Origin: Haliea sp.
GTDB taxonomy: Bacteria > Pseudomonadota > Gammaproteobacteria > Pseudomonadales > Halieaceae
NCBI GenBank assembly: GCA_040221975.1
Contig: JAVJWR010000033.1
Span: 244,092 to 268,091 of the forward strand
DNA length: 24,000 bases
Direction: 5' to 3'
Position 1 is the stretch's first letter. Each line of letters starts with the position of its first letter. A program made the translations under genes and the position numbers. Below are positions 14,444 to 21,798 of the stretch, in pieces. The notes beneath the pieces were generated by a model that worked only from the letters and a program-made list of their open reading frames with translations, did not search any database and was not told where the DNA came from.

Positions 14444-16216
14444 ATGTCGTATCAGGTTCTCGCCCGCAAGTGGCGCCCCCGCCGTTTCAGCGAAATGGTT
14501 GGTCAGGAACACGTCCTGCAGGCGCTCATCAATGCTCTGGACCATGACCGCCTGCACCATGCCTACCTGTTTACCGGCACCCGCGGCGTCGGCAAGACCA
14601 CCATCGCCCGCATTCTCGCCAAAAGCCTCAACTGTGAAACTGGCGTCAGCTCCGAGCCCTGCGGCAACTGCAGTTCCTGCACCGAGATCGCCGAAGGCCG
14701 CAGCGTGGACTTGCTGGAGGTCGACGCTGCCTCCCGTACCAAGGTGGAAGACACCCGCGACCTGCTGGAAAACGTGCAATACGCGCCCACCCGCTCGCGC
14801 TACAAGGTGTACCTGATTGACGAGGTACACATGCTCTCCAACAGCAGCTTCAACGCCCTGCTGAAAACCCTTGAGGAGCCACCGCCGCACGTGAAGTTCC
14901 TGCTGGCGACCACGGACCCGCAGAAACTGCCCGCCACCGTGCTCTCGCGCTGCCTGCAGTTCAACCTGAAAAACATGGTGCCGGAGCAGATCGCAGGCCA
15001 CCTGGCGCGGGTGCTGGAGGTGGAGATGATCCGCTTCGAGGAGCCTGCCCTGTGGCTGCTGGGCCGCGCCGCCGATGGCAGCATGCGCGATGCCCTGAGT
15101 CTCACCGACCAGGCAATCGCGTTTGGTTCCGGCAGCATCACCGAAGCCGGGGTTCGCAGCATGCTGGGCACGGTGGACATGAGCTTTGTCTATCAGCTGC
15201 TCGACGCGCTTGCGGCGGGAGAGCCGGCGGCCCTACTGGACACTGTGGCGCGCATGGCCGAGCACGCGCCGGACTTTGAATCCAGCCTCGAGGAAATGCA
15301 GTCGCTGCTGCACCGGATCACGGTGGCCCAGGTGCTGCCGGAACTGCGCGACAATAGCCGCGGTGACGCCGAGCGTATCGAGGCGCTGGCGGGCAGGCTG
15401 ACTGCGGAAGACGTGCAGCTGTTCTACCAGATGGCGTTGAACGGCAAGCGTGACCTGCCGCATGCCGCGGATCCGCGCAGCGGCTTTGAGATGACCCTGC
15501 TGCGGATGCTGGCCTTCCGGCCGGCGCTGCTGCCGGATTCCGGCGCGGTCGGTGGCGATGATTCCTCCGCAGCAGGTGCGGGCTCGGGCTCGGGCAGTGC
15601 GACCCCAGCCGCCCCCGCCTCACAAAATGGCGCTAATGGCACTGCTTCCCGCCCAGTGCAACCGGTGCCGCAAGCCCGGTCCCCAGCGCCTGCGCCCGCC
15701 GCAGCGCCCCCGCCGATCCAGCCGCCTGCACCCGCTGCCGGGCCCGCGCCCGCACAGCTACCCCGGCCCGAACCGTCAGTCGCAGCCACACCCGCTTCTC
15801 GCATCGACCGCGCTACGGCGCCGTCGATGATGGCGCCCGAAGACTGGCCGGACCTGCTTGCCAGGCTTGGTCTTGCCGGTATCGTCCAGAATATCGCTTC
15901 CCACTGCGCGCTACAGGCTCAGCAGGGCACGGATTTTCAGTTCGTGCTGGACGAGAGCAACCTCGCCCTGTTCAACCCCGGGCACGCGGATCGTATCCGC
16001 CTGGCGCTGCAGAACTACTTCGACACCCCGGTGTCTGTTTCCATTGAGCCCGGCTGTCCACAGCTGGAAACCCCTGCCCAACGCAGCGCGCGTCGCGCCG
16101 CGGAGCGCCAGCTGGAAGCGGAGCAGGCCATCGAGCACGACCCGTTGCTGCAGCAGTTGATCCAGCGCTTTGACGGTGAACTGGACCGCGGCTCGATTAC
16201 CCCCATGGATTCCTGA
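14444..16216 (+). CDS. dnaX: DNA polymerase III subunit tau (gamma/tau), DnaX
   Basis: Begins MSYQVLARKWRPRRFSEMVGQEHV. It has Walker A GTRGVGKTT, zinc module CGNCSSC, Walker B DEVHML, and the SRC motif in VLSRCLQF. A P/A-rich linker precedes the C-terminal tau domains. Start reassigned to ATG 14444, because the track's start at 14360 lies inside the SRP RNA. Confidence 0.95.
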   Translation: MSYQVLARKWRPRRFSEMVGQEHVLQALINALDHDRLHHAYLFTGTRGVGKTTIARILAKSLNCETGVSSEPCGNCSSCTEIAEGRSVDLLEVDAASRTKVEDTRDLLENVQYAPTRSRYKVYLIDEVHMLSNSSFNALLKTLEEPPPHVKFLLATTDPQKLPATVLSRCLQFNLKNMVPEQIAGHLARVLEVEMIRFEEPALWLLGRAADGSMRDALSLTDQAIAFGSGSITEAGVRSMLGTVDMSFVYQLLDALAAGEPAALLDTVARMAEHAPDFESSLEEMQSLLHRITVAQVLPELRDNSRGDAERIEALAGRLTAEDVQLFYQMALNGKRDLPHAADPRSGFEMTLLRMLAFRPALLPDSGAVGGDDSSAAGAGSGSGSATPAAPASQNGANGTASRPVQPVPQARSPAPAPAAAPPPIQPPAPAAGPAPAQLPRPEPSVAATPASRIDRATAPSMMAPEDWPDLLARLGLAGIVQNIASHCALQAQQGTDFQFVLDESNLALFNPGHADRIRLALQNYFDTPVSVSIEPGCPQLETPAQRSARRAAERQLEAEQAIEHDPLLQQLIQRFDGELDRGSITPMDS

Positions 16217-16225
16217 GGAGACGAG

Positions 16226-16546
16226 ATGAAAGGCATCAATGATCTGATGCAGCAGGCCCAGAAGATGCAGGCTGACATGCAGAAGGCGCAAGAAGAACTG
16301 GCCAGGTCCGAGGTCACCGGCGAGGCCGCTGCGGGCCTGGTGATCGTGACCATGACCGGCCGTCACGACGTCAAGCGTGTGCGTATCGACGACAGCGTGC
16401 TCAGCGAGCCCAGGGAAGTGCTGGAGGATTTGCTGGCAGCGGCGGTCAACGACGCGGTGCGCAAGGTCGAGGCTCACAACAAGGAGGCCATGGCCGGACT
16501 CGCCTCGGGGATGAGTCTGCCCCCCGGCTTCAAGATGCCCTTCTGA
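16226..16546 (+). CDS. ybaB: Nucleoid-associated protein YbaB/EbfC
   Basis: 106 aa. [25 protein letters not shown] plus [19 protein letters not shown] is typical of the family. Conserved position between dnaX and recR. GGAG Shine-Dalgarno upstream. Confidence 0.92.
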   Translation: MKGINDLMQQAQKMQADMQKAQEELARSEVTGEAAAGLVIVTMTGRHDVKRVRIDDSVLSEPREVLEDLLAAAVNDAVRKVEAHNKEAMAGLASGMSLPPGFKMPF

Positions 16547-16565
16547 GCTCCCTGTAGAGAACTGC

Positions 16566-17174
16566 ATGAAATTCAGTCCCGCCCTCAGCAATCTGATGGA
16601 TGCCCTGCGCTGTCTCCCCGGCGTCGGCCCCAAGTCCGCTCAGCGTATGACCCTGCATTTGCTGGAGCGCGACCGTGACGGCGCCCTGGCGCTGGCCGAT
16701 GCGCTGCAGGTAGCCGTGGATCGGGTAGATCACTGCAGCCGCTGCCGCAACTTCACCGAGTTGGATGTCTGCGAAATATGCAGCGACCCGCGTCGGGACC
16801 ACCACACCATCTGTGTGCTGGAAACCCCCGGCGATGTGCTGGCGGTGGAGCAGAGTGGCAGCTACCGGGGTCTCTACTTTGTCCTGATGGGGCACTTGTC
16901 GCCGATCGACGGCATCGGCCCGAAGGAAATTGGCCTCGATCGGTTCCAGGCCCGGGTGGTGGAGGAGGGTGTCACCGAAGTGATCCTGGCCACCAATCCC
17001 ACAGTAGAGGGCGAGGCCACCGCCTACTACCTCTCGGACATGTTGCTGCCGCGGGGCATCAACGTGTCGCGCATCGCCCACGGCGTGCCTCTTGGCGGGG
17101 AGCTGGAATATGTCGATGGCAGTACCCTGGCCCACGCATTCAGCGGTCGCCGGCAGATGGCACAGGAGTCCTGA
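16566..17174 (+). CDS. recR: Recombination protein RecR
   Basis: 202 aa. The helix-hairpin-helix region is [15 protein letters not shown], the C4 zinc finger is [18 protein letters not shown], and the Toprim block is [14 protein letters not shown]. Confidence 0.95.
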   Translation: MKFSPALSNLMDALRCLPGVGPKSAQRMTLHLLERDRDGALALADALQVAVDRVDHCSRCRNFTELDVCEICSDPRRDHHTICVLETPGDVLAVEQSGSYRGLYFVLMGHLSPIDGIGPKEIGLDRFQARVVEEGVTEVILATNPTVEGEATAYYLSDMLLPRGINVSRIAHGVPLGGELEYVDGSTLAHAFSGRRQMAQES

Positions 17175-17176
17175 GC

Positions 17177-18289
17177 GTGGAGTGGAAATTGATCGAGAGT
17201 GACGCCGCCCTGGCGACACTGCTGGCCGAGCATGCAGGTGCCGAGGCCGTGGCGGTGGATACCGAATTCATGCGCACCAACACGTTCTATCCCGAGGTGG
17301 CGCTGGTGCAGCTCTGCTTTGGCGACAAGGCCTGGCTGGTCGACCCGCTGCCGCTGACCGATCTGGCGCCCTTGCGGGCCCTGCTGCAGGACCCGCGCAC
17401 AATAAAAGTCCTGCACTCCGCCAGCGAGGACCTGGAGGTCTTCGATCGCTGGCTGGGCGTATTGCCGGAACCCCTGTTCGACACCCAGCGCGCCGCGGCC
17501 CTGGTCGATCACGGTTTCGGCATGGGTTACCGCGCCCTGGTGCTCGACCTGGAGGGCGTGGACCTGCCCAAGGGCGAGACCCGTTCGGACTGGCTGCAGC
17601 GTCCTCTGACCGCCTCCCAGTGCGAATACGCTGCCCAGGACGTGGCCCACCTGCTGCCGGTATGGCGCAAGCTGCAGGGTCTCTGTGTGGCCCAGGGCAA
17701 GCTGGACTGGGTGTTGGCGGACGGCGCCGACACGCTGGCAAACTTTCGCGCCGACAACCTCAATTTTGCCCACAGGATTAAATCTGCCTGGAAGCTGGAC
17801 CGGCGCGCCACCGCGCGCCTGCACGCTCTCTGCGCCTGGCGCGAAGACACTGCTCGCAGCCGCAACAAGCCCCGGGGCTGGATCATCGATGACAACGCCT
17901 GCCTGGTGCTGGCCGAAACGGACCCGCAGAGTCTGGCGGCGGTCGAGCGCAGCGGCTGCCTGAGTCCCGGCGCCCTGCGCCGCGACGGCGAAGCCCTGCT
18001 GGCGCTGCTGGCGGCGCAGCGGGATCTGCCCGAGTCTGAGCTGCCGCCGCGCTTGCCGCAGCCGCTGGAGCCCGCTGAACGCAAACAGCTGCAGGCACTC
18101 AAGACCCGGGCGAAGATCATCGCCCGCGAACTGGGGGTGGCGCCGGAAGCACTGCTGCAGGCAAAAGACTACGAAATCCTGCTGCGCCAGCAACTCGGAG
18201 CGGAATTGCCGGATCCGCCGGCCTGGGGCGGCTGGCGTGCAGAGCGGGTGATCGCGCCACTGCGCCGGGTCCTGGAGGCCGCGACATGA
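17177..18289 (+). CDS. rnd: Ribonuclease D
   Basis: DEDD exonuclease motifs (VAVDTEF, HSASEDLEVF, YAAQDVAHLL) followed by HRDC-like regions. GTG 17177 lies 2 nt after the recR stop, giving about 370 aa. The track's 503-aa ORF is an extension overlapping recR. Confidence 0.88.
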   Translation: MEWKLIESDAALATLLAEHAGAEAVAVDTEFMRTNTFYPEVALVQLCFGDKAWLVDPLPLTDLAPLRALLQDPRTIKVLHSASEDLEVFDRWLGVLPEPLFDTQRAAALVDHGFGMGYRALVLDLEGVDLPKGETRSDWLQRPLTASQCEYAAQDVAHLLPVWRKLQGLCVAQGKLDWVLADGADTLANFRADNLNFAHRIKSAWKLDRRATARLHALCAWREDTARSRNKPRGWIIDDNACLVLAETDPQSLAAVERSGCLSPGALRRDGEALLALLAAQRDLPESELPPRLPQPLEPAERKQLQALKTRAKIIARELGVAPEALLQAKDYEILLRQQLGAELPDPPAWGGWRAERVIAPLRRVLEAAT

Positions 18290-18576
18290 AGCGCATCTGC
18301 CAGATTTTCCGCAGCCCGCGGAAGCCCGAAATGTATCTGTACGTGGACAAGACCATGGGGTTGGCTGAGGTGCCAGAGCTGCTGTTGGCCCAGTTTGGCG
18401 AGCCGCAACCGGTGATGGTGCTGGCCCTGGATGCCGGCCGCAAGCTGGCGCGGGTGCAGGCAGCGGAAGTCCTGGAGAAAATCGAGAGCCAGGGTTTCTT
18501 TCTGCAGATGCCGCCGACCGACGCTGAACTGCTGCAGCGCGAGAGTGCGCGTGTGCGGGATAGCGCAGGTGGCTGA
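18286..18576 (+). CDS. ycgL: YcgL-domain protein
   Basis: 96 aa. The MKRICQIFRSPRKPEMYLYV opening is characteristic of the YcgL family. ATGA overlap with the rnd stop. The rnd-ycgL-ycgN order is known from other gammaproteobacteria. Confidence 0.75.
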   Translation: MKRICQIFRSPRKPEMYLYVDKTMGLAEVPELLLAQFGEPQPVMVLALDAGRKLARVQAAEVLEKIESQGFFLQMPPTDAELLQRESARVRDSAGG

Positions 18577-19012
18577 CTGGTGGCAGCAACCCCTCGCCGC
18601 GTTAACCGCGGCGCAGTGGGAGGCATTGTGCGATGGCTGCGGTCGTTGCTGCCTGCACAAGCTGCAGGATGAGGACAGTGGCGAGGTGTTCTATACCCGC
18701 ATCAGCTGCCGCTACCTGGATACGGACAGCTGCCGCTGCAGCCAGTACCCGCGCCGCAGTGCGCTGGTGCCGGACTGCGTCACCCTGACTCCGGACAACC
18801 AGGCGGCGCTGGACTGGCTGCCGCCCACCTGCGCCTATCGGCTGCGAGCCCGGGGTGAGCCCCTGCGCGAGTGGCATCCACTGCTATCGGGCGATCCAGA
18901 CTCGGTGCACCGCGCCGGTATCTCCGTCCGCGGGCGCGTCCTGCCGGAGGAGCATGTGCATCCGGACAGCCATGAGGAGCACATAGTACACTGGGTCGAG
19001 GAGGAGCGATAA
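18545..19012 (+). CDS. ycgN: YcgN-family (UPF0260) cysteine-cluster protein
   Basis: WEALCDGCGRCCLHKLQDEDSGEVFYT, CRCSQY, LPPTCAYRL and WHPLLSGD align with E. coli YcgN blocks. There is no in-frame ATG. The GTG candidates at 18545, 18551 and 18569 all overlap the ycgL 3' end, so the start is uncertain. Confidence 0.8.
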   Translation: MRVCGIAQVADWWQQPLAALTAAQWEALCDGCGRCCLHKLQDEDSGEVFYTRISCRYLDTDSCRCSQYPRRSALVPDCVTLTPDNQAALDWLPPTCAYRLRARGEPLREWHPLLSGDPDSVHRAGISVRGRVLPEEHVHPDSHEEHIVHWVEEER

Positions 19013-19362
19013 TGCTGGAGGATCAGGGCTATCTCACGGCGCTGGCAGTCTACACAGGTTCCGCCGTATTGGCGCTCGGCGCCCTGTTCCTGTGGCTGCG
19101 GCGTAGCTGGCGGCCGGTCTGGCGCTGGCTGCTGCTGCTGACCGGACTGGCCCTGCTGCTGACCCCGGCCTATCCTTATGAAGGAGTTGACACTTTGGCG
19201 CCGGCGTTGATCGTCGCCGCCTTCCAGCTTTTGACCGCAGGGCCAGAGGCCGCCCAGCACGCGTTGCGACCCCTGGCTGTCGCCGTGGCGCTGGCGCTGC
19301 TGCTGACGCTGCTCCTGCGCATTCTTGTCCTGCGCAAACCCCGGGTCGCCAAAAGGCCCTGA
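19012..19362 (+). CDS. Small hypothetical membrane protein (3-4 TM)
   Basis: 116 aa of hydrophobic helices separated by basic loops (LWLRRSWRPVWRW; C-terminal LRKPRVAKRP). The start overlaps the ycgN stop (TAATG). No family recognised. Confidence 0.55.
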   Translation: MLEDQGYLTALAVYTGSAVLALGALFLWLRRSWRPVWRWLLLLTGLALLLTPAYPYEGVDTLAPALIVAAFQLLTAGPEAAQHALRPLAVAVALALLLTLLLRILVLRKPRVAKRP

Positions 19363-19376
19363 AAGGAGGATTCATC

Positions 19377-20888
19377 ATGCCCAAGCTGAGCACGAAAGCA
19401 CCCGTTTGGCTGACTGTGGCGCTGTTGCTGCTGGCCACTTTGCTGCCCGCTGCCAGGCTCCACGCCCAGGCGCCGCTGGGGCCGCAACCGGACCTGCGGC
19501 TGCTGATCGACATCTCCGGCAGCATGAAAGAGTCGGATCCCGACAACCTGCGAGGCCCGGCGCTGGAGCTGATCGTGCGGCTGTTGCCAGAGGGCGCCCG
19601 CGCCGGCGTCTGGATTTTTGGCGAAAGCGTCGAGCAGATCGTGCCCCATGCCACGGTCAACGCCGCTTGGCGGGAGCAGGCCCTGGAGGCGGTAGCGCGG
19701 ATCGATAACTCGGGCCAGCGTACCAATATTCCCTCTGCCCTGGCCGCGGCCACCTATGATCTCGGCAGCCTCAGCTCCGCCTACCGCACCAGCATCGTGC
19801 TGCTGACCGACGGCAAGGTGGATGTATCGCCTTCGCCCATGGCGAATGCCGCCGCGGCCCGTGACCTGTTGGCGGATACCGCCCCCGACCTGGGTGCCAC
19901 CGGGATTCCGGTGCATACCATTGCGCTCTCGGACGAGGCCGACTGGACTTTCCTGCGGGCACTCGCGGATACCACCGCCGGTATTGCCGAGAAGGCCGAA
20001 ACCGCCGCCGAGCTGACCGGGATTTTCGTCCAGTCCCTGGAAATGGTTGCGCCCTCGGCGCGGGTGCCGGTGGTAGGCAACATTTTCCTCATTGATGACA
20101 GTGTCGACGAGTTTACTGCGCTCGTGTTCTACGACCAGCCGACCACCGACGTCACCCTGACCAGCCCCGGTGAAGAGGAATACCATCCGGACGAGAAGCG
20201 CGACGGCGTCGAATGGTTCCGCAGCGGCCAGTTTGCGCTGGTAACGGTCACTGCGCCGGAGCGTGGCGCCTGGACCCTGGCGGTGCCCGACGGCGCCCGC
20301 AGCCGGGTATCGGTGATATCGGATCTGCAACTGGAAGTCGATCCGCTGCCCAACAGTCTGCCCGCGGACCGGGTCACGGAGCTGGGCATCCGCCTGCGCG
20401 ACAGTGGCGAAGTCATCACCAGTCAGGACCTGATGCAGCTGTTTGCCATCAGTGTGCTGATTACCGGCCCCGACGATTTCCGCGAAACCATAGACGTCAC
20501 CGGCACCTATCCGCTGCCCGCGACCGGCGAGTACCGGGTCAGCATTCCCGCGTTCGAACGCGGGGGGCGCTATCAATTGCTGGTGGAACTGAAGGGGGAG
20601 ACCCTGGAACGTGAGCTGCCCCTGTACGTGGAGGTGATTGCCCCCGAGGCTGCCCCCACCATCAGCACCCGGCCGCCGGATGTTCCCGAGGAAGACCTCA
20701 AGGGCCCGGCCCTGAGCCTGGCGGCCATCGTGCTGGCCGCGATTGCGATCGGCGCTTTCGTGTACTGGCGCCGACGCCGGCGCAAACTCGAGATCTGGCA
20801 GCGCCGCTTCAACCAGGACGGCGACGCGGCCGCGGACGCGGAGGTACGCGGCATGCGCGCGGACGCGGACGCTGACAAAGCGCCTTGA
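19377..20888 (+). CDS. Exported, C-terminally membrane-anchored von Willebrand factor A (VWA) domain protein
   Basis: A strong RBS, AAGGAGG, lies 7 nt upstream. The signal peptide is MPKLSTKAPVWLTVALLLLATLLPAARLHA. The MIDAS motif is intact (LLIDISGSMKESD, TNIPSAL, VLLTDGK). About 230 aa of beta-rich sequence follows, then the TM helix ALSLAAIVLAAIAIGAFVYW, RRRRRK and an acidic tail. Confidence 0.85.
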   Translation: MPKLSTKAPVWLTVALLLLATLLPAARLHAQAPLGPQPDLRLLIDISGSMKESDPDNLRGPALELIVRLLPEGARAGVWIFGESVEQIVPHATVNAAWREQALEAVARIDNSGQRTNIPSALAAATYDLGSLSSAYRTSIVLLTDGKVDVSPSPMANAAAARDLLADTAPDLGATGIPVHTIALSDEADWTFLRALADTTAGIAEKAETAAELTGIFVQSLEMVAPSARVPVVGNIFLIDDSVDEFTALVFYDQPTTDVTLTSPGEEEYHPDEKRDGVEWFRSGQFALVTVTAPERGAWTLAVPDGARSRVSVISDLQLEVDPLPNSLPADRVTELGIRLRDSGEVITSQDLMQLFAISVLITGPDDFRETIDVTGTYPLPATGEYRVSIPAFERGGRYQLLVELKGETLERELPLYVEVIAPEAAPTISTRPPDVPEEDLKGPALSLAAIVLAAIAIGAFVYWRRRRRKLEIWQRRFNQDGDAAADAEVRGMRADADADKAP

Positions 20889-20892
20889 TTCG

Positions 20893-20928
20893 CGCGGCCG
20901 CCGTCGCTACCCTTGGCCGCTTTGTTTT
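20893..20928 (+). terminator. Possible intrinsic terminator or attenuator
   Basis: GCGGCC (20893-20898) pairs with GGCCGC (20914-20919) and is followed directly by TTTGTTTTT (20920-20928). The 15-nt loop is large, so the hairpin is weak. Confidence 0.35.
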
Positions 20929-20948
20929 TGACTGCTGATGGACTGACT

Positions 20949-21794
20949 ATGAAATTTGAGGGAACCGAACGCTACGTTGCCACGGACGACCTGCGGATGG
21001 CGGTCAACGCCGCCGTCACCCTGCAGCGGCCGCTGCTGATCAAGGGCGAGCCCGGCACCGGCAAGACCATGCTCGCGGAGGAGGTGGCCCTGGGGCTGGG
21101 CAAGCGCCTGATCCAGTGGCACATCAAGTCCACCACCAAGGCCCAGCAGGGCCTCTACGAGTACGATGCCGTATCCCGCCTGCGCGACTCCCAGCTCGGC
21201 GATGCCAAGGTCCAGGACATTGCCAACTACATCAAGAAGGGCAAGCTGTGGGAGGCCTTCGAGGCAGATGAGCAGGTGGTACTGCTGATCGACGAGGTGG
21301 ACAAGGCCGACATCGAGTTCCCCAACGACCTGCTGGTGGAGCTGGACCGGATGGAATTCTTCGTCTATGAAACCGGCGAGACCATCAAGGCGAAACAGCG
21401 TCCGATCATCATCATCACCAGCAACAACGAGAAGGAACTGCCGGACGCCTTCCTGCGCCGCTGCTTCTTCCACTTCATCAACTTCCCCGACCGCGACACC
21501 ATGCGCAAGATCATCGACGTGCACCACCCGGGCATTGCCCAGGCCCTGGTGCAGGAAGCAATGGAAGTGTTCTTCGACCTGCGCTCGATTCCGGGGCTGA
21601 AGAAAAAGCCCTCCACCTCGGAGCTGATCGACTGGCTGAAGCTGATTCTGGCCGACGACATTCCCGATGAAGTACTGAAGAACCGCGATGCCAGCAAGGC
21701 CATTCCGCCCCTGTACGGCGCCCTGCTGAAAAACGAGCAGGATGTGCACCTGCTGGAGCGTTTGGCCTTCATGCACCGCCGGGAAAGCCGCTAG
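20949..21794 (+). CDS. MoxR-like AAA+ ATPase
   Basis: 281 aa from ATG 20949. It has Walker A GEPGTGKT, Walker B VVLLIDEVDKA, sensor-1 IIIITSNN and the arginine pair in DAFLRRCFF. The compact single-AAA layout is typical of the MoxR/CoxD group, which pairs with VWA proteins. Confidence 0.88.
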   Translation: MKFEGTERYVATDDLRMAVNAAVTLQRPLLIKGEPGTGKTMLAEEVALGLGKRLIQWHIKSTTKAQQGLYEYDAVSRLRDSQLGDAKVQDIANYIKKGKLWEAFEADEQVVLLIDEVDKADIEFPNDLLVELDRMEFFVYETGETIKAKQRPIIIITSNNEKELPDAFLRRCFFHFINFPDRDTMRKIIDVHHPGIAQALVQEAMEVFFDLRSIPGLKKKPSTSELIDWLKLILADDIPDEVLKNRDASKAIPPLYGALLKNEQDVHLLERLAFMHRRESR

Positions 21795-21798
21795 CCTC

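Noticed and set aside
16778-17176. 133-codon N-terminal extension of the rnd ORF
   Set aside because: It overlaps recR in another frame. RNase D homology begins at VEWKLIESD, right after the recR stop.
17027-18589. 520-aa - strand ORF antisense to rnd and ycgL
   Set aside because: It is antisense to genes with clear family motifs (DEDD RNase D, YcgL). Its Arg/Pro/Ala/Gly-rich, low-complexity composition is typical of shadow ORFs in GC-rich DNA. No motif recognised.
19176-20576. 466-aa - strand ORF antisense to the exported VWA gene
   Set aside because: The + strand gene has a strong RBS, signal peptide and MIDAS motif. The antisense frame is featureless and G/R-rich.
20660-20790. PEP-CTERM-like sorting signal in the exported VWA protein (DVPEEDLKGP, hydrophobic helix, RRRRRK)
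   Set aside because: The motif reads VPEE, not VPEP. About 35 further residues follow the basic cluster, whereas true PEP-CTERM domains are at the extreme C-terminus. No exosortase gene is present in the window. I treat it as an ordinary TM anchor.
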